A stretch of 64,000 nucleotides of DNA from Omnitrophica WOR_2 bacterium GWF2_43_52 (lineage in GTDB: Bacteria; Omnitrophota; Gorgyraeia; Gygaellales; UBA12090), in assembly GCA_001805445.1 (NCBI GenBank), contig MHGF01000003.1, forward strand, positions 248,429-312,428. The letters run 5' to 3'. Position numbers and translations under genes: made by a program. Within the stretch, counting starts at the first letter, position 1. Each line of letters starts with the position of its first letter. This document shows positions 37,697-48,011 of this stretch, piece by piece. The notes beneath the pieces were generated by a model. It saw nothing but the letters and a program-made list of their open reading frames with translations. It was not told the DNA's origin and did no database searches.

Positions 37697-39727
37697 TCAG
37701 GGATGTCGCGAGGGGTTTTCCTTCATATTCCAAATTAAGCGCTTATATTCGTCAAGCATGCGATAGGTATTAAAATGCGCGCCAGCGCTCACACAGTCAA
37801 TCATGGCATCAATCCAGGCAGAAGCGTTATCAACCATGCCTTTTTTATTCGTGCGATAATAGAGCGCTACCATTTCTTCCAAGGCTTCATATAAACGATG
37901 CGAATCATCAACCATACGCAGATTATGCTCGCTGCCGGGCTTTGTGTCTTCCCATCTATAACCAAAGATCTTACCTATATTTTTATCTTCCGCCTCAACA
38001 ACCCAACCATCAAGGGTACTCACCTGAAGCACGCCGTTTAAAATTGCCTTCATACCGCTTGTCCCTGACGCCTCAAACGGCGGGAGGGGATTATTCAACC
38101 ACACATCCACGCTTGAGGTCAATAGTTTTGCCAAGGCTATTTCGTAATTCTCAAGCATGATGATTTTCAGGTTATCGGTAACCTTGTTCAACTCGTCTAT
38201 TTTATCCAGCATCATATTAATATAGGTAAATCCCAAATCATCCTGAGGGTGGGATTTACCCGCGAAAAGCACTTGCAGAGGGCCGTATTTCTTGGCAATC
38301 TCTATCAGCCTGTTGACATCCTGCAGGATAAGGCTCGGCCTTTTATAGGCGGCAATACGGCGGGCCCAGCATATCGTAAAAATATTCTTGTTGAGCTTCC
38401 ATTTTTCAAGAAAATGGCACAAGGCTTCCTTATTCTCCTGATGCGCCTGCCAAAGTTTGCCGCGGAATTCAGGATTACTTTTTAATTCCTTTGCCTTTAC
38501 GAGATTATAGGGATTTGCTTTTATATCACCAAAGAATGCTGAAAATTCTTCAAAGAGCCTCATGAAACTTGGCGAAATCCATGTGTGAGTATGGACACCG
38601 TTAGTGACAAATTGTATTCGCTCTTCATATTTCTTGAATTGCGTGTGCATCACTTGCTGATGGCGCTTGGATACCGCGTTAATCGCCGACGCGATATTCA
38701 TTGCTAACAGTGTCAGATTGATCATGCCGTGGCTGTCTTTGCCGTATTTTTCCATAAGCTCGAAATCTTCTTTCTTTACAATTTTACTTATCTCTGAGAT
38801 AGAAAAACGGTCATGGCCCGCCTCAACCGGTGTATGACAGGTATAGGCAAAATGCTTCCTCATTGCCTCACGCTCGTCTCCTGTTACGCCGCGGGCCTTC
38901 TCAAGGAAAGCAAATGCCGCGTGGCCTTCGTTAAGATGATAAATATCAATAGCATACCCTAGCTCGTTTAATGCCAAGACCCCACCCATCCCCAAAATGA
39001 TTCTCTGCATGGCCTTAAGAGACGTGTCATCGCTTCTGTAAAGCTGATCCGTAAGGTGGCGGTTTTTCTCGGTATTGGGTTCAATATTTGAATCCAAAAG
39101 GATAAGAGGAACAGCATAATCATGCTGGTAACTATACACATAATATTTCCAAAGGCGCAGATACACCTCTTCGGATTGCAAGGATATTTTTATTCTGTTT
39201 TTCAAAGGAATAAGCCCCGGATAAGAATTGATATCCCAATGAATCTTTTCCGGCATCTGGCCGTATTTAAACCAAAATTTCTGCCTAAAATAACCGGTAT
39301 TCCAAAGCATGCCAATTGCCGCAACCGGCAGCTTATAATCTGCCATTGTTTTCACGGTATCGCCTGCCAAAACACCCAAGCCGCCGCTATATATCGGAAG
39401 ATCCATCAGGGTATCTATCTTGACCGTAAACAGATAATCCGCGAGCCGGAAATTAGAAAACACCTCCTGCGTCTGATTCATATTTTGAACGCTCACCGGC
39501 CTTATAGACTGAAACTGGTTATACACGCTTGAGGCCAGCCCGTATTCCATTGAAAAATATGCGATAGAACGTTCGTTCCTCGCGCGCAGGCGCCGCTCCG
39601 ATTGTATGATTGGCTCAAGGGGCATACCGAAATATTTCCCTTGAGCGATATCTTTACTATAAACGCCCTCAAAATTTTCTACCGCTACGAGGCTAAGGAA
39701 TTCATCAACTAGCCTTTTATTATCCAT
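37697..39727 (-). CDS. glgP: Alpha-glucan phosphorylase
   Basis: YFSMEYG, YSGGLGVLAGD, HLNEGH, TNGVH, ARR..YKR, EASGTSGMK. Confidence 0.93.
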   Translation of the reverse strand: MDNKRLVDEFLSLVAVENFEGVYSKDIAQGKYFGMPLEPIIQSERRLRARNERSIAYFSMEYGLASSVYNQFQSIRPVSVQNMNQTQEVFSNFRLADYLFTVKIDTLMDLPIYSGGLGVLAGDTVKTMADYKLPVAAIGMLWNTGYFRQKFWFKYGQMPEKIHWDINSYPGLIPLKNRIKISLQSEEVYLRLWKYYVYSYQHDYAVPLILLDSNIEPNTEKNRHLTDQLYRSDDTSLKAMQRIILGMGGVLALNELGYAIDIYHLNEGHAAFAFLEKARGVTGDEREAMRKHFAYTCHTPVEAGHDRFSISEISKIVKKEDFELMEKYGKDSHGMINLTLLAMNIASAINAVSKRHQQVMHTQFKKYEERIQFVTNGVHTHTWISPSFMRLFEEFSAFFGDIKANPYNLVKAKELKSNPEFRGKLWQAHQENKEALCHFLEKWKLNKNIFTICWARRIAAYKRPSLILQDVNRLIEIAKKYGPLQVLFAGKSHPQDDLGFTYINMMLDKIDELNKVTDNLKIIMLENYEIALAKLLTSSVDVWLNNPLPPFEASGTSGMKAILNGVLQVSTLDGWVVEAEDKNIGKIFGYRWEDTKPGSEHNLRMVDDSHRLYEALEEMVALYYRTNKKGMVDNASAWIDAMIDCVSAGAHFNTYRMLDEYKRLIWNMKENPSRHP

Positions 39728-39820
39728 GTACGACTCCCCTTTTGATGAGTACTTCTCCCATTAAAAATCATCGCCGCAAGAAATGATATTATACCACTTT
39801 TTTTAAAAAAATGAACTTTC

Positions 39821-40843
39821 TTATAGCTTCAAAATCTTACGTATAGCGGAATCGAGCTCTTCCACACTAATGGCTTCCATGCAAGGGGCAGGTTCAAACT
39901 CTTTATTACAAACAATCTCGCCTCTGCCAGGACAACAGGGCAGACACTCAAGCTTTGCTTTGGAAACAATCACATTCTGCCGATGAAAATAGGGATAGAA
40001 ACAATCCGGCGACGTCGCCCCATATAACCCGATAGTTTCAATGCCCATACAACTTGCCACATGCAGAAGGCTCGAATCAGGCGCGATGAAAAGACGGCAA
40101 CGCTTCATTAATGCCATAGCCTGGCGAAGCGAGGTTTTATCAAGTGCCGAGATAATTCCGGGAGAAATCTGTTGCAGCACCGCGCGGCTAAACGGATCGT
40201 CACTACTTTTACCAAAAGCGATCACGCAAGCGCCATAGCGATTCTTGAGGATCGCCGCGAGCGCGTTCCATCGGGCGATGGGCCAGCTCTTTAATGACCA
40301 TGCCGCGATAGGTAAAATTCCGACAAGCAGAACATCTGCCGTAATGCCCTTATGGCGTAAAAAATTATCGGCAAACGCGTTGTCTTCATCGCTTATAGCA
40401 AAAGTAACGGCTGCCTCATGGAGTTTGATACCTTTTGCGCGCAAGAGTTCAAGATACCTGTCTGCGCTATGCTGTTGTGATTTCAGAGAAACACTCCTTG
40501 TGGCTGAAGTAAGACTCCAGGAACAAGGAATTCCTAAAAACAGATGCATCAACGAGCGCTTGAGTACTACTGCCACATCAAAATTTTCTTTACGCAAAAG
40601 GCCAATGAGTTTAAGCTGACGCGCCAAGCCCCGCGCGCCCCTTAGCGCATCAAGTAAAAAAATCTTATCCACACCGCTACAGCTTCGCGCGATATCATAC
40701 GCGCGATGAGAAGTCAAAAAAGAAATCTTTGCCTGCGGGAAATTTTCGCGTAACTGGCCTACGACGATCAGGTCATAGCAGACATCACCAATATTTGAAT
40801 GGCCTATGATGAGGATACGACGGAACATTTTCCCTGTTACCAC
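39821..40843 (-). CDS. GT9 family (heptosyltransferase-like) glycosyltransferase
   Basis: IGD, K.WP, DS..LH.A......LYG.T. Confidence 0.85.
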   Translation of the reverse strand: MVTGKMFRRILIIGHSNIGDVCYDLIVVGQLRENFPQAKISFLTSHRAYDIARSCSGVDKIFLLDALRGARGLARQLKLIGLLRKENFDVAVVLKRSLMHLFLGIPCSWSLTSATRSVSLKSQQHSADRYLELLRAKGIKLHEAAVTFAISDEDNAFADNFLRHKGITADVLLVGILPIAAWSLKSWPIARWNALAAILKNRYGACVIAFGKSSDDPFSRAVLQQISPGIISALDKTSLRQAMALMKRCRLFIAPDSSLLHVASCMGIETIGLYGATSPDCFYPYFHRQNVIVSKAKLECLPCCPGRGEIVCNKEFEPAPCMEAISVEELDSAIRKILKL

Positions 40844-41868
40844 TTCGCCATCATTTCAAGAGACTCAAGCGCCAAAGTAATGGCGCACTCAACATCCTGG
40901 ATATTAAAAACCCCGGTTGCCGAATGTATATAGCGGGTAGGAATACTTAAGACTCCTGTAGGGATTCCTTCCCTGTTCATATAAATCATCGCCCCGTCAG
41001 TCATCCCTCCGTCAATAACATCCATTTGATAAGGTATCCTGTTCTTCTTCGCGGTTTCGACAAAAAGGTTCCTTATCCTTTCGTTGACAATCAGGCCTCT
41101 TCCTGAAGCCTCAATGATGGTGATAGCCACACCGCTTCCTAATTTTAAACATGATTCCCGTTCTCTGATCGAAGGAGTATCTCCGGCGATAGTCGTATCG
41201 ATGGCAATGGCAAAATCAGGATTGATTTTATAAGAAGAGGTCCGAGCGCCTTTTAATCCGACTTCTTCCTGCACCGTGGCTACCGCGTAGACCTCCGCAT
41301 CCACAGAGAGTTTCTTCATGATTTCGATTAAAGCAAAACAACCCACGCGGTCATCGATTGCCTTACCGTAATACAGCTTTCCGTTCAACACTCCCGCGTT
41401 AGGCTCAAAGAGCACCGCGTCGCCGATGGAAACCGCTTTTTCCGCTTCTTCCTTATTCTTACAGCCGATATCAATAAACATATCTTCATATTTTAACAGC
41501 TGTTTTCGTTCCTCATCCTTGAGTAAGTGCGGCGGTTTTGTCCCGATAATTCCCAGGATATCTTTCTTTTTAGCCTTGATTACCACCCTCTGGGCAGGTA
41601 AAACCCTATCGTCAATACCTCCAACCTTGATAAAGCTTAAGAAGCCTTCCTTGCTTATATGCTTGACAACAAAGCCGACTTCATCCATATGCGCTGCCAA
41701 CATGATCTTATTTTTTCCCTTACCTTTTCGCGCAATCACATTACCGAAAGTATCAATAGAAACCTCGCGGCAGGTTTTCTTCAGCTCATCATAGAGTATC
41801 TTCGCGATTTCATTTTCATATCCGGGGACACCGGCGGCATTAATTATGGTACGTAACAAATCATTCAT
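40837..41868 (-). CDS. M42 family aminopeptidase
   Basis: AAHMDE, KAIDDR, QEEVGL.GA, TD, RYIHS; AGGAGG RBS before ATG 41868. Confidence 0.92.
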   Translation of the reverse strand: MNDLLRTIINAAGVPGYENEIAKILYDELKKTCREVSIDTFGNVIARKGKGKNKIMLAAHMDEVGFVVKHISKEGFLSFIKVGGIDDRVLPAQRVVIKAKKKDILGIIGTKPPHLLKDEERKQLLKYEDMFIDIGCKNKEEAEKAVSIGDAVLFEPNAGVLNGKLYYGKAIDDRVGCFALIEIMKKLSVDAEVYAVATVQEEVGLKGARTSSYKINPDFAIAIDTTIAGDTPSIRERESCLKLGSGVAITIIEASGRGLIVNERIRNLFVETAKKNRIPYQMDVIDGGMTDGAMIYMNREGIPTGVLSIPTRYIHSATGVFNIQDVECAITLALESLEMMAKW

Positions 41869-41989
41869 ATTGTTCCTCCTATGGTAATGCCAGGCATAGA
41901 CAACTCGCATACCCCTTTGTTTATGCCAGGCATTATCTCATCTCCTCAAAAGAGTACTTACAGAGCGTAAGCCTTTGAATTAACCGGCT

Positions 41990-42667
41990 TCACTCTCCTT
42001 TTACCCTACTTACCTTTGACGGTAAAATTACTATTTCTACCCTTCTGTTTTTTTGCCTGTTCTGCGTTGAATCGTTATCCGCTACCAGCCTATATTCACC
42101 GTAGCCGTTAGCCGAAAGGCGCTTAGGAGAAATATTACACTGGGCAATCAAATAATGCAATACCGAAAGCGCGCGCGCCGAGGAAAGCTCCCAATTGGAT
42201 TTCCATCCGGAGTATTTTATCGGCTCATTATCCGTATGCCCCTCAATTGCCACCAGTGAATGTGGCACATTCGTATTCAAGACCTCGGCAACCTTCTGCA
42301 ACGCGCTCTCTCCGTCAGAACGAATGGTATCTTTTCCTGAGTTAAAAAAAACTTCGGATAAAAAAGTAATCACCAGCCCGCGCTCGGTCATTTGTAGTTT
42401 TGCCTTATATTCCCCGATTTCCTTTTTTAAAGATTCCTCAAGCTCTGCCTTGGCCTTTTCCAATTCAGAAAGCTCCCCTTGTTTTTCCTCGGTAACCTGC
42501 TCTAGTTCTGCTTGCTTCTCTCTCCTTAGTTGCTCAAGCCTCTGCCTTAAATTCGCGTTTTCAGCCTCTAAGGCATCGTAACCTTGAACTTTTTGTATCG
42601 TGGTACATCCGGATAGGAAGCATATCCCTCCGGCGCAGGCGATGAGCATAACCCCATATCTTCTCAT
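41990..42667 (-). CDS. OmpA/MotB-domain coiled-coil lipoprotein
   Basis: Lipobox LSGC, coiled coil, EGHTD, NWELSSARA, NRRVEI. Confidence 0.85.
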   Translation of the reverse strand: MRRYGVMLIACAGGICFLSGCTTIQKVQGYDALEAENANLRQRLEQLRREKQAELEQVTEEKQGELSELEKAKAELEESLKKEIGEYKAKLQMTERGLVITFLSEVFFNSGKDTIRSDGESALQKVAEVLNTNVPHSLVAIEGHTDNEPIKYSGWKSNWELSSARALSVLHYLIAQCNISPKRLSANGYGEYRLVADNDSTQNRQKNRRVEIVILPSKVSRVKGE

Positions 42668-43602
42668 ATCGTATGTTCCTCCATAGTAAACTCCGTAAAA
42701 TACCTATAGGCCTCAAAGGCAAGCCTGGCGATAAACTCTTTCGCGCGTTTACTCGTCTTATCGGTATGGCTGGTCAAAACACATAGCAGAAAATTACCAC
42801 CGGGGCTAAAGACTATCCCCGCATCATGGCAGACATGACGCTCTAAACCGGTTTTATGGGCAATGACAACCTCTGGCGGCAGGAGAGCGGGAATGCGGTC
42901 CTTAATCTTCTGCTGTTTTAGTAAACTTAAACAGCGTTCAGAGAACTCCGCGTTGATTACTTCTTTACGATACATCTTCTCTAAAAGCAAAGCAACGTCA
43001 CCAGCAGTAGTATAATTTTCCACGCCTTTTCTGCGCAACTTAAACTCCATCATCTTGCGTGCAAGAGAGGTATCCTTAAGGCCAAACTCCTTAAAGCAGG
43101 AATTCATATACTCATAGCCAAGAAGCTCTATGAGCATATTGGTTGCGGTATTATCGCTTTCGGTAATCATCCGCTCAATAAGGTTTTCTATACTCACCCT
43201 TCTTCCTGCGGCCATAGTTTTAAGCGTCCCTGAACCTAAAACTTTATGCCGTTCTTTAAGGATGAGCTCATCCTGCAATTTTATTTTCCCTTGAAACACA
43301 GCATAAAAGCAAGAGGCCATAATAGGTATTTTAGCCAAGCTTGCGGAAGGAAAGGATTTGGTTTTATTCACTGCTATCTGCCAATCCATATCAAGGTCCT
43401 TCAGAATTACGCCGGCCTCGCCTTGAAATCGGCTCACCTCCTGTGATAAGGCACGCTCAAGTGCCTGCCACAGCGCCTTTTTTTTCTCAAGCGCAAGCCT
43501 TTTAATCTTTATTTGCTGATAACGTTGATAAGTGAAATAACCAGCGCTACCAACAAAGACAACAGCCAGTAAAGATACTACAACGATCTTCTTCTTAAGC
43601 AT
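42664..43602 (-). CDS. Class A beta-lactamase-like serine hydrolase / PBP, membrane-anchored
   Basis: SLAK (SxxK), SDN, HKTG, HDAG. Confidence 0.85.
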   Translation of the reverse strand: MLKKKIVVVSLLAVVFVGSAGYFTYQRYQQIKIKRLALEKKKALWQALERALSQEVSRFQGEAGVILKDLDMDWQIAVNKTKSFPSASLAKIPIMASCFYAVFQGKIKLQDELILKERHKVLGSGTLKTMAAGRRVSIENLIERMITESDNTATNMLIELLGYEYMNSCFKEFGLKDTSLARKMMEFKLRRKGVENYTTAGDVALLLEKMYRKEVINAEFSERCLSLLKQQKIKDRIPALLPPEVVIAHKTGLERHVCHDAGIVFSPGGNFLLCVLTSHTDKTSKRAKEFIARLAFEAYRYFTEFTMEEHTI

Positions 43603-43661
43603 ACCTGTTCTTTTACCTCTCTACATTAAAGACGTCCATGCTCATTTCTCAACCCTAAGTT

Positions 43662-43828
43662 AAAAACCTTCGCTAATCATACCATGACCAACGAAGGTTG
43701 TTTTACTTTCTTTTAACCGTAGGCTGATTCGCCCCATTACGAAAACATCTGATATTTCCTTCTTGGCACTCAGGACGGTTACAGGAGTATCGTACTGCTT
43801 AATTTACCAAAAGCTGATGATTTGTCAA
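43662..43828 (-). promoter_or_regulatory. Promoter with structured leader ending in a terminator-like hairpin
   Basis: TTGACA (43828-43823), 16 nt, TAAATT; hairpin AACCTTCGTTGGTCAT-GGT-ATGATTAGCGAAGGTT plus short U run. Confidence 0.5.
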
Positions 43829-43912
43829 TGGCTTTCGCAATGTAAAAATTTGTGGTAATATTTTTATTACTTATGCTATAATAATAATTTAAAGCACATA
43901 CTCAAGGCGATT

Positions 43913-44335
43913 ATGTTTACCTATAGAAGAAAAATCAGGGTTCAGGATACGGATGCCGCGGGAGTCATTTTCTTCCCTAATCAATTCTGCTTCTATCAAG
44001 AGGCATTTGAGGCGTTTCTTGAAAGCATAGGCTATGATTTAGCAGCAGTGGTTCGAAAAAGCAACCATCATTTGCCGGTTGTTCATGCCGAAGCTGATTA
44101 TAGGGCTCCCTTACGCTTAGGAGATTCTATTGATATTCAACTTAAGGTTATGCATGTAGGGCACTCTTCCCTTAGCTTTCAGGCTGATATTCTTAAACAA
44201 GGTAAAATCCGCGCCGGATGCGTAAAAGTAGTCCACGTGTCTGTTGACGCCCACACCCGCAAGAAAACCCCCCTTCCCGCAAGCCTGCGTAAAAAAATGG
44301 CGCAACTGCATAAGAAAAATCACATATCCCTATAA
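43913..44335 (+). CDS. Hot-dog thioesterase, probable DHNA-CoA hydrolase
   Basis: DTDAAGVIFF, PVVHAEADY..PL..GD; converges on men genes. Confidence 0.75.
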   Translation: MFTYRRKIRVQDTDAAGVIFFPNQFCFYQEAFEAFLESIGYDLAAVVRKSNHHLPVVHAEADYRAPLRLGDSIDIQLKVMHVGHSSLSFQADILKQGKIRAGCVKVVHVSVDAHTRKKTPLPASLRKKMAQLHKKNHISL

Positions 44336-44351
44336 TCCCAGAATTTGCATT

Positions 44352-44514
44352 GAACTGTGTTGCAATAGCAAAATGTATGTCATTGCGATCCGCCGAAGGC
44401 GGAGAAGCAATCTTGATCCTAAGATTACTTCGTCGCTGTCGCTCCTCGTAATGACACGATGAGGCATTACTGTTCTGCCCGCAAAGATAAATAATAACAT
44501 TATGACATAGTCTG
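44352..44514. repeat. RPE/REP-like long palindrome inside degenerate MITE-like ends
   Basis: TGTCATTGCGA...GAAGCAATCT...AGATTACTTC...TCGTAATGACA (44378-44456); outer ACTGTGTTGCAAT / ATTATGACATAGT. Confidence 0.65.
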
Positions 44515-44555
44515 ATTAGGATTTTGGTAAATCGACACGGTTAGAGCGGAAGGTT

Positions 44556-45953
44556 TCAGAAGGCGCGGCGGTTTGATTTTATGCCGCTCGAGAGTACTTG
44601 ATTCGGCCAGAGATAAAAGGCATCGGGAATCTTAAATTTAGGCAAGTATTTACTTAAGTGTTTTACCAGCGCCACTCGGTTTAGGCGCTTATTCTTTTTT
44701 AGCTTTAGAAACGCGACCGGACGGAATCCGTATTCTTGATGGGGAGCTGCCACAACATAAGCATCTTCAACGAACGCGCACGTGCGCAAGAAATATTCTA
44801 TCTCTTCGGGAAAAATGTTTTCCCCCCCTGAGATAAGCATCGTGTCTTTACGCCCTTTAATAGTAAGAAATTTCCCCTTTTCAAGAATCCCGCTATCCCC
44901 AGTATGAAACCAGCCATCTCTATCGGTAGCCGGCTTCAACACGCCGTTTTTAATATATCCTTGAAAAAGCGTCTTACCGGCTACCAGAATTTCGCCGTCT
45001 TTAGCTATACGCACTTTGCGATATCGCAGCATTTTTGCTTTTAAAGAAGCACTTTTATGATTGAGCGCGCCGGTTGTTGCTACTTGAGAAGCCAGTTCCG
45101 TAAGTCCGTATGATACATACAGAGGAAAATTTTTCCTGCGCGCCTCTGCTATAAGCTGTTCTGGTATAGCGCTTCCTCCTACGAGAAGCGCTTTCAATTT
45201 CTTAAGTACACTGCAACCCCCTTTTGCTGCCACTATTCTCTGTAACTGCGCGGCTACAAAAGAAACATGAGTAATACTATGCTGATTAATGGCTGAGCAA
45301 ACATCCTTATTTTTAGAAATAACCACTGCCGCGCCTTTTAAAAAACAGCGAAACAGAATGCTCAGGCCCGACACATGATACAGCGGCAAAGACAAAAGCC
45401 AGCGATCAAAAGGCTCAACCGGGATATTTTTATTGGAGCCGAGCGCGCTGTAGTAATGATTCGCGAAAGTATGCTGTACTGCTTTAGGCAGGGTAGTGCT
45501 GCCTGAAGTAAAAAGTATTGTTGCCGGCTGAGTAAGCGCGTAGCAGGCATTTTTAGATGAAACGTACGGGGCGTTTTTTGTAACGATGTTTTCTAGAGAA
45601 ACGACAGCAATCGGTAAGCTTTTAAACTTTTTGGCTTCCGCGGTAAGAAGGACTTTCCCTCGAATATTCTTTATGTGCTGACTAAGCGCGTTCAGCGGAA
45701 GCCTTTCGCTTAAATGGCAGCTCACCGCTCCAATACGCCACAAGGCAAACAAAGCAATGACATACTCAGGGCTTGATGGAGCTACAATACAAACCCTTCC
45801 TTTCCCTTTTATGCCGATATCCTGAAGTTTTTTGGCACAGTAATCTATAGCATTGTCAAAGGCTTTATAGTTAAGCGTTTCCCTGCCGAAAATAATAGCG
45901 GGCCGCCCGCCATGTTTAAGAGCATTTATTTTTACCGGACACTGAATCTGCAT
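44556..45953 (-). CDS. menE: o-succinylbenzoate-CoA ligase
   Basis: FTSGST..PK, LPLYHVSG, SYGLTE, FHTGD, ISGGENI.PEEIE; start 45953 preferred. Confidence 0.9.
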   Translation of the reverse strand: MQIQCPVKINALKHGGRPAIIFGRETLNYKAFDNAIDYCAKKLQDIGIKGKGRVCIVAPSSPEYVIALFALWRIGAVSCHLSERLPLNALSQHIKNIRGKVLLTAEAKKFKSLPIAVVSLENIVTKNAPYVSSKNACYALTQPATILFTSGSTTLPKAVQHTFANHYYSALGSNKNIPVEPFDRWLLSLPLYHVSGLSILFRCFLKGAAVVISKNKDVCSAINQHSITHVSFVAAQLQRIVAAKGGCSVLKKLKALLVGGSAIPEQLIAEARRKNFPLYVSYGLTELASQVATTGALNHKSASLKAKMLRYRKVRIAKDGEILVAGKTLFQGYIKNGVLKPATDRDGWFHTGDSGILEKGKFLTIKGRKDTMLISGGENIFPEEIEYFLRTCAFVEDAYVVAAPHQEYGFRPVAFLKLKKNKRLNRVALVKHLSKYLPKFKIPDAFYLWPNQVLSSGIKSNRRAF

Positions 45954-45960
45954 AAGTACC

Positions 45961-46030
45961 TTACGGAGGCTCACCTTACGGAGGCTCCGCCTCCGTAAAC
46001 GCCTTTTGCTCTTCTTCCGGAGGCTCCGCC
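45961..46030. repeat. REP-like palindrome with two partial copies
   Basis: TTACGGAGGC-TCC-GCCTCCGTAA (45976-45998); partial copies at 45961 and 46018. Confidence 0.65.
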
Positions 46031-46042
46031 TTGAGATTGGCT

Positions 46043-47125
46043 TTATACCTGGTTTAAACTTTCAAAACGGATATCACCTTCGCTTAATGGCTTAAGGCGC
46101 GCCGTCATTTTTCCTTCTTGAGCCACACAAGGCTCTTTCAATAAATCTTTCTCAAAATATTTTAAGGTATCAATCCCCGCCCGGCAATTGCCGCCAATCG
46201 CAGCGGTAAGATGAATAAGGGAAAATAGCCCGATGCCGGATTCAAATAAAGAGCTCACTACAATTTGTATGCCGCTTTTCTTAGCCTCATCTGCCATCGC
46301 AAGCGTCTTTCTTATGCCTCCTAGGAGTGTAGGTTTTAATACCCAGGCCTTTACCCCTTCACGTATTTTGACTACCTTGTCTCCTTCTGAAAGAAGAGAT
46401 TCATCTAAGGCGACAGTAATGCCTGTTTTATGAAAAAATTCAGGTATCTTTTCTACCTCTTTAAAAGGCTCTTCTATGTATTCAATCTGCTTTGGTTCAA
46501 TCGCGCTTGCAAAATACAGGGCATCATCATAACTCCACCTTTGATTCACATCCAAATGTATACGCGCACGATTATTCACCAGCGCCAAAACCTCATTGAC
46601 GCGGGTTATATCTTCTTTCACCTTGCCGCCTGCCTTCACTTTTATTGATTGAAATCCCTTCAAAAGCAAATCGTTAACCGCCTCTTTAAGAGGCTCTTCT
46701 TCCTGAAGCAGCCCGTTAACCATAATGGCAGAGCTTGGAGATGTAGCCCAAAGATACGACAGGGGCTTTTGCAGCTTAAGCGCTATCGCGTTATAGACAA
46801 CTGCTTCCACGCCAAAACGAACTTCAGGAATAAGCTGGAATGAATCTATCATCTTAAACAACTCGTTAGACTCATCCGGCAGTTCTTGCAAGGTAAAACT
46901 TTTTTTAAATTCCTTAAGATTTTTGACATATGCTTCTATTTCTCTATCGTCAAATCCTTTAAGAGGAGCAATCTCGCCAAATCCCTGCCACTGGTTATCC
47001 AGCGTCAAAAAAAGTATAATCCCCTCACGTAAGCGTAATTGGTTTCTCCCATGAATTAAAACAGGAGATTTAAAAGGCAGGCTGTAGCGGTAAATCTTTA
47101 AGGAAGTGACTTTCACAGTATCCAA
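46043..47125 (-). CDS. menC: o-succinylbenzoate synthase
   Basis: GEIAPL, KVK, LDVN, YIEEP, ALDES, LKP...GG, SS.FES. Confidence 0.88.
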   Translation of the reverse strand: MDTVKVTSLKIYRYSLPFKSPVLIHGRNQLRLREGIILFLTLDNQWQGFGEIAPLKGFDDREIEAYVKNLKEFKKSFTLQELPDESNELFKMIDSFQLIPEVRFGVEAVVYNAIALKLQKPLSYLWATSPSSAIMVNGLLQEEEPLKEAVNDLLLKGFQSIKVKAGGKVKEDITRVNEVLALVNNRARIHLDVNQRWSYDDALYFASAIEPKQIEYIEEPFKEVEKIPEFFHKTGITVALDESLLSEGDKVVKIREGVKAWVLKPTLLGGIRKTLAMADEAKKSGIQIVVSSLFESGIGLFSLIHLTAAIGGNCRAGIDTLKYFEKDLLKEPCVAQEGKMTARLKPLSEGDIRFESLNQV

Positions 47126-47997
47126 CCCAGGGAAAAAAGAAGGCTGTAAATAACCAGGAGTTTTCCGGTAAAACTCAATACCTTGTTAAGCGAAGGGCCG
47201 TCAGTTTTGTTAAGGACAACCTGTATGCTGGGAATAGCAATAAAGGCGATTACAGAAGCCACTATTATTTTGGAATGTTCTTTGGTAAGAAGGTAAAGAT
47301 ATACGGGAATGCTTGAGGCAAAAAGAATTGAGGCTAGGTATTCGCTTTGCGCGAAGCGTTTGCCAAAGCGCACGGCTAAGGTGCGTTTTCCGGTTAACGC
47401 GTCTGTATGCATATCCCGGTAATTATTCACGCAAAGCATTGAAATTGAAAGCGCCCCAACCCCCAACCCTGCCAGGAATGCCGCACTACTCCAAGAAAAC
47501 GACTGCACATAATAAGTCCCGGCCACGGCAACCGGCCCAAAGAAAATAAAAACAAAGAATTCCCCCAGGCCGATATATCCAAGCGGTTTTGGGCCCGCGG
47601 TATACAATATCCCTGAGGCAATGGATAAAATGCCAATAATGATAATAGGCAAGCCGCCTCTAGCTACCAAATAAAGCGATACCACCACCGCCAACCCAAA
47701 GACAAAAATAAAGCCCCTCTTTACTGCTTCGGGGCTTAATAATCCTGACTGAGTTACCCGCGTCGGCCCGATACGCTCTACGGTATCGGCTCCTTTCTTA
47801 AAATCAAAATAGTCATTGGCAAGATTCGTCCCTATCTGAATCAAAAGCGCGCACACAAGGCAAAAGAACGCGCTTAAAAGATGGAATACTCCGTCCCCAT
47901 AGGCCATTGCCGCGCCTATGACAACCGGCGCCACAGCCGCAGGAAGCGTCTTTAGCCGGCAGGCCATCTGCCAGATTTTTATACCATTACTTTTCAC
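47113..47997 (-). CDS. menA: DHNA prenyltransferase
   Basis: R.KTL, N.ANDY.D..KGAD, Y.GLGE, NNYRD...D...GKRTLAVR. Confidence 0.93.
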   Translation of the reverse strand: MKSNGIKIWQMACRLKTLPAAVAPVVIGAAMAYGDGVFHLLSAFFCLVCALLIQIGTNLANDYFDFKKGADTVERIGPTRVTQSGLLSPEAVKRGFIFVFGLAVVVSLYLVARGGLPIIIIGILSIASGILYTAGPKPLGYIGLGEFFVFIFFGPVAVAGTYYVQSFSWSSAAFLAGLGVGALSISMLCVNNYRDMHTDALTGKRTLAVRFGKRFAQSEYLASILFASSIPVYLYLLTKEHSKIIVASVIAFIAIPSIQVVLNKTDGPSLNKVLSFTGKLLVIYSLLFSLGWIL

Positions 47998-48011
47998 GTA
48001 CGATAACCGTA

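Noticed and set aside
42664-43602. Antibiotic-resistance beta-lactamase
   Set aside because: SxxK/SDN/KTG are present, but it has a membrane anchor and no clear ExxLN omega-loop motif, so a cell-wall hydrolase or PBP-like role is more likely.
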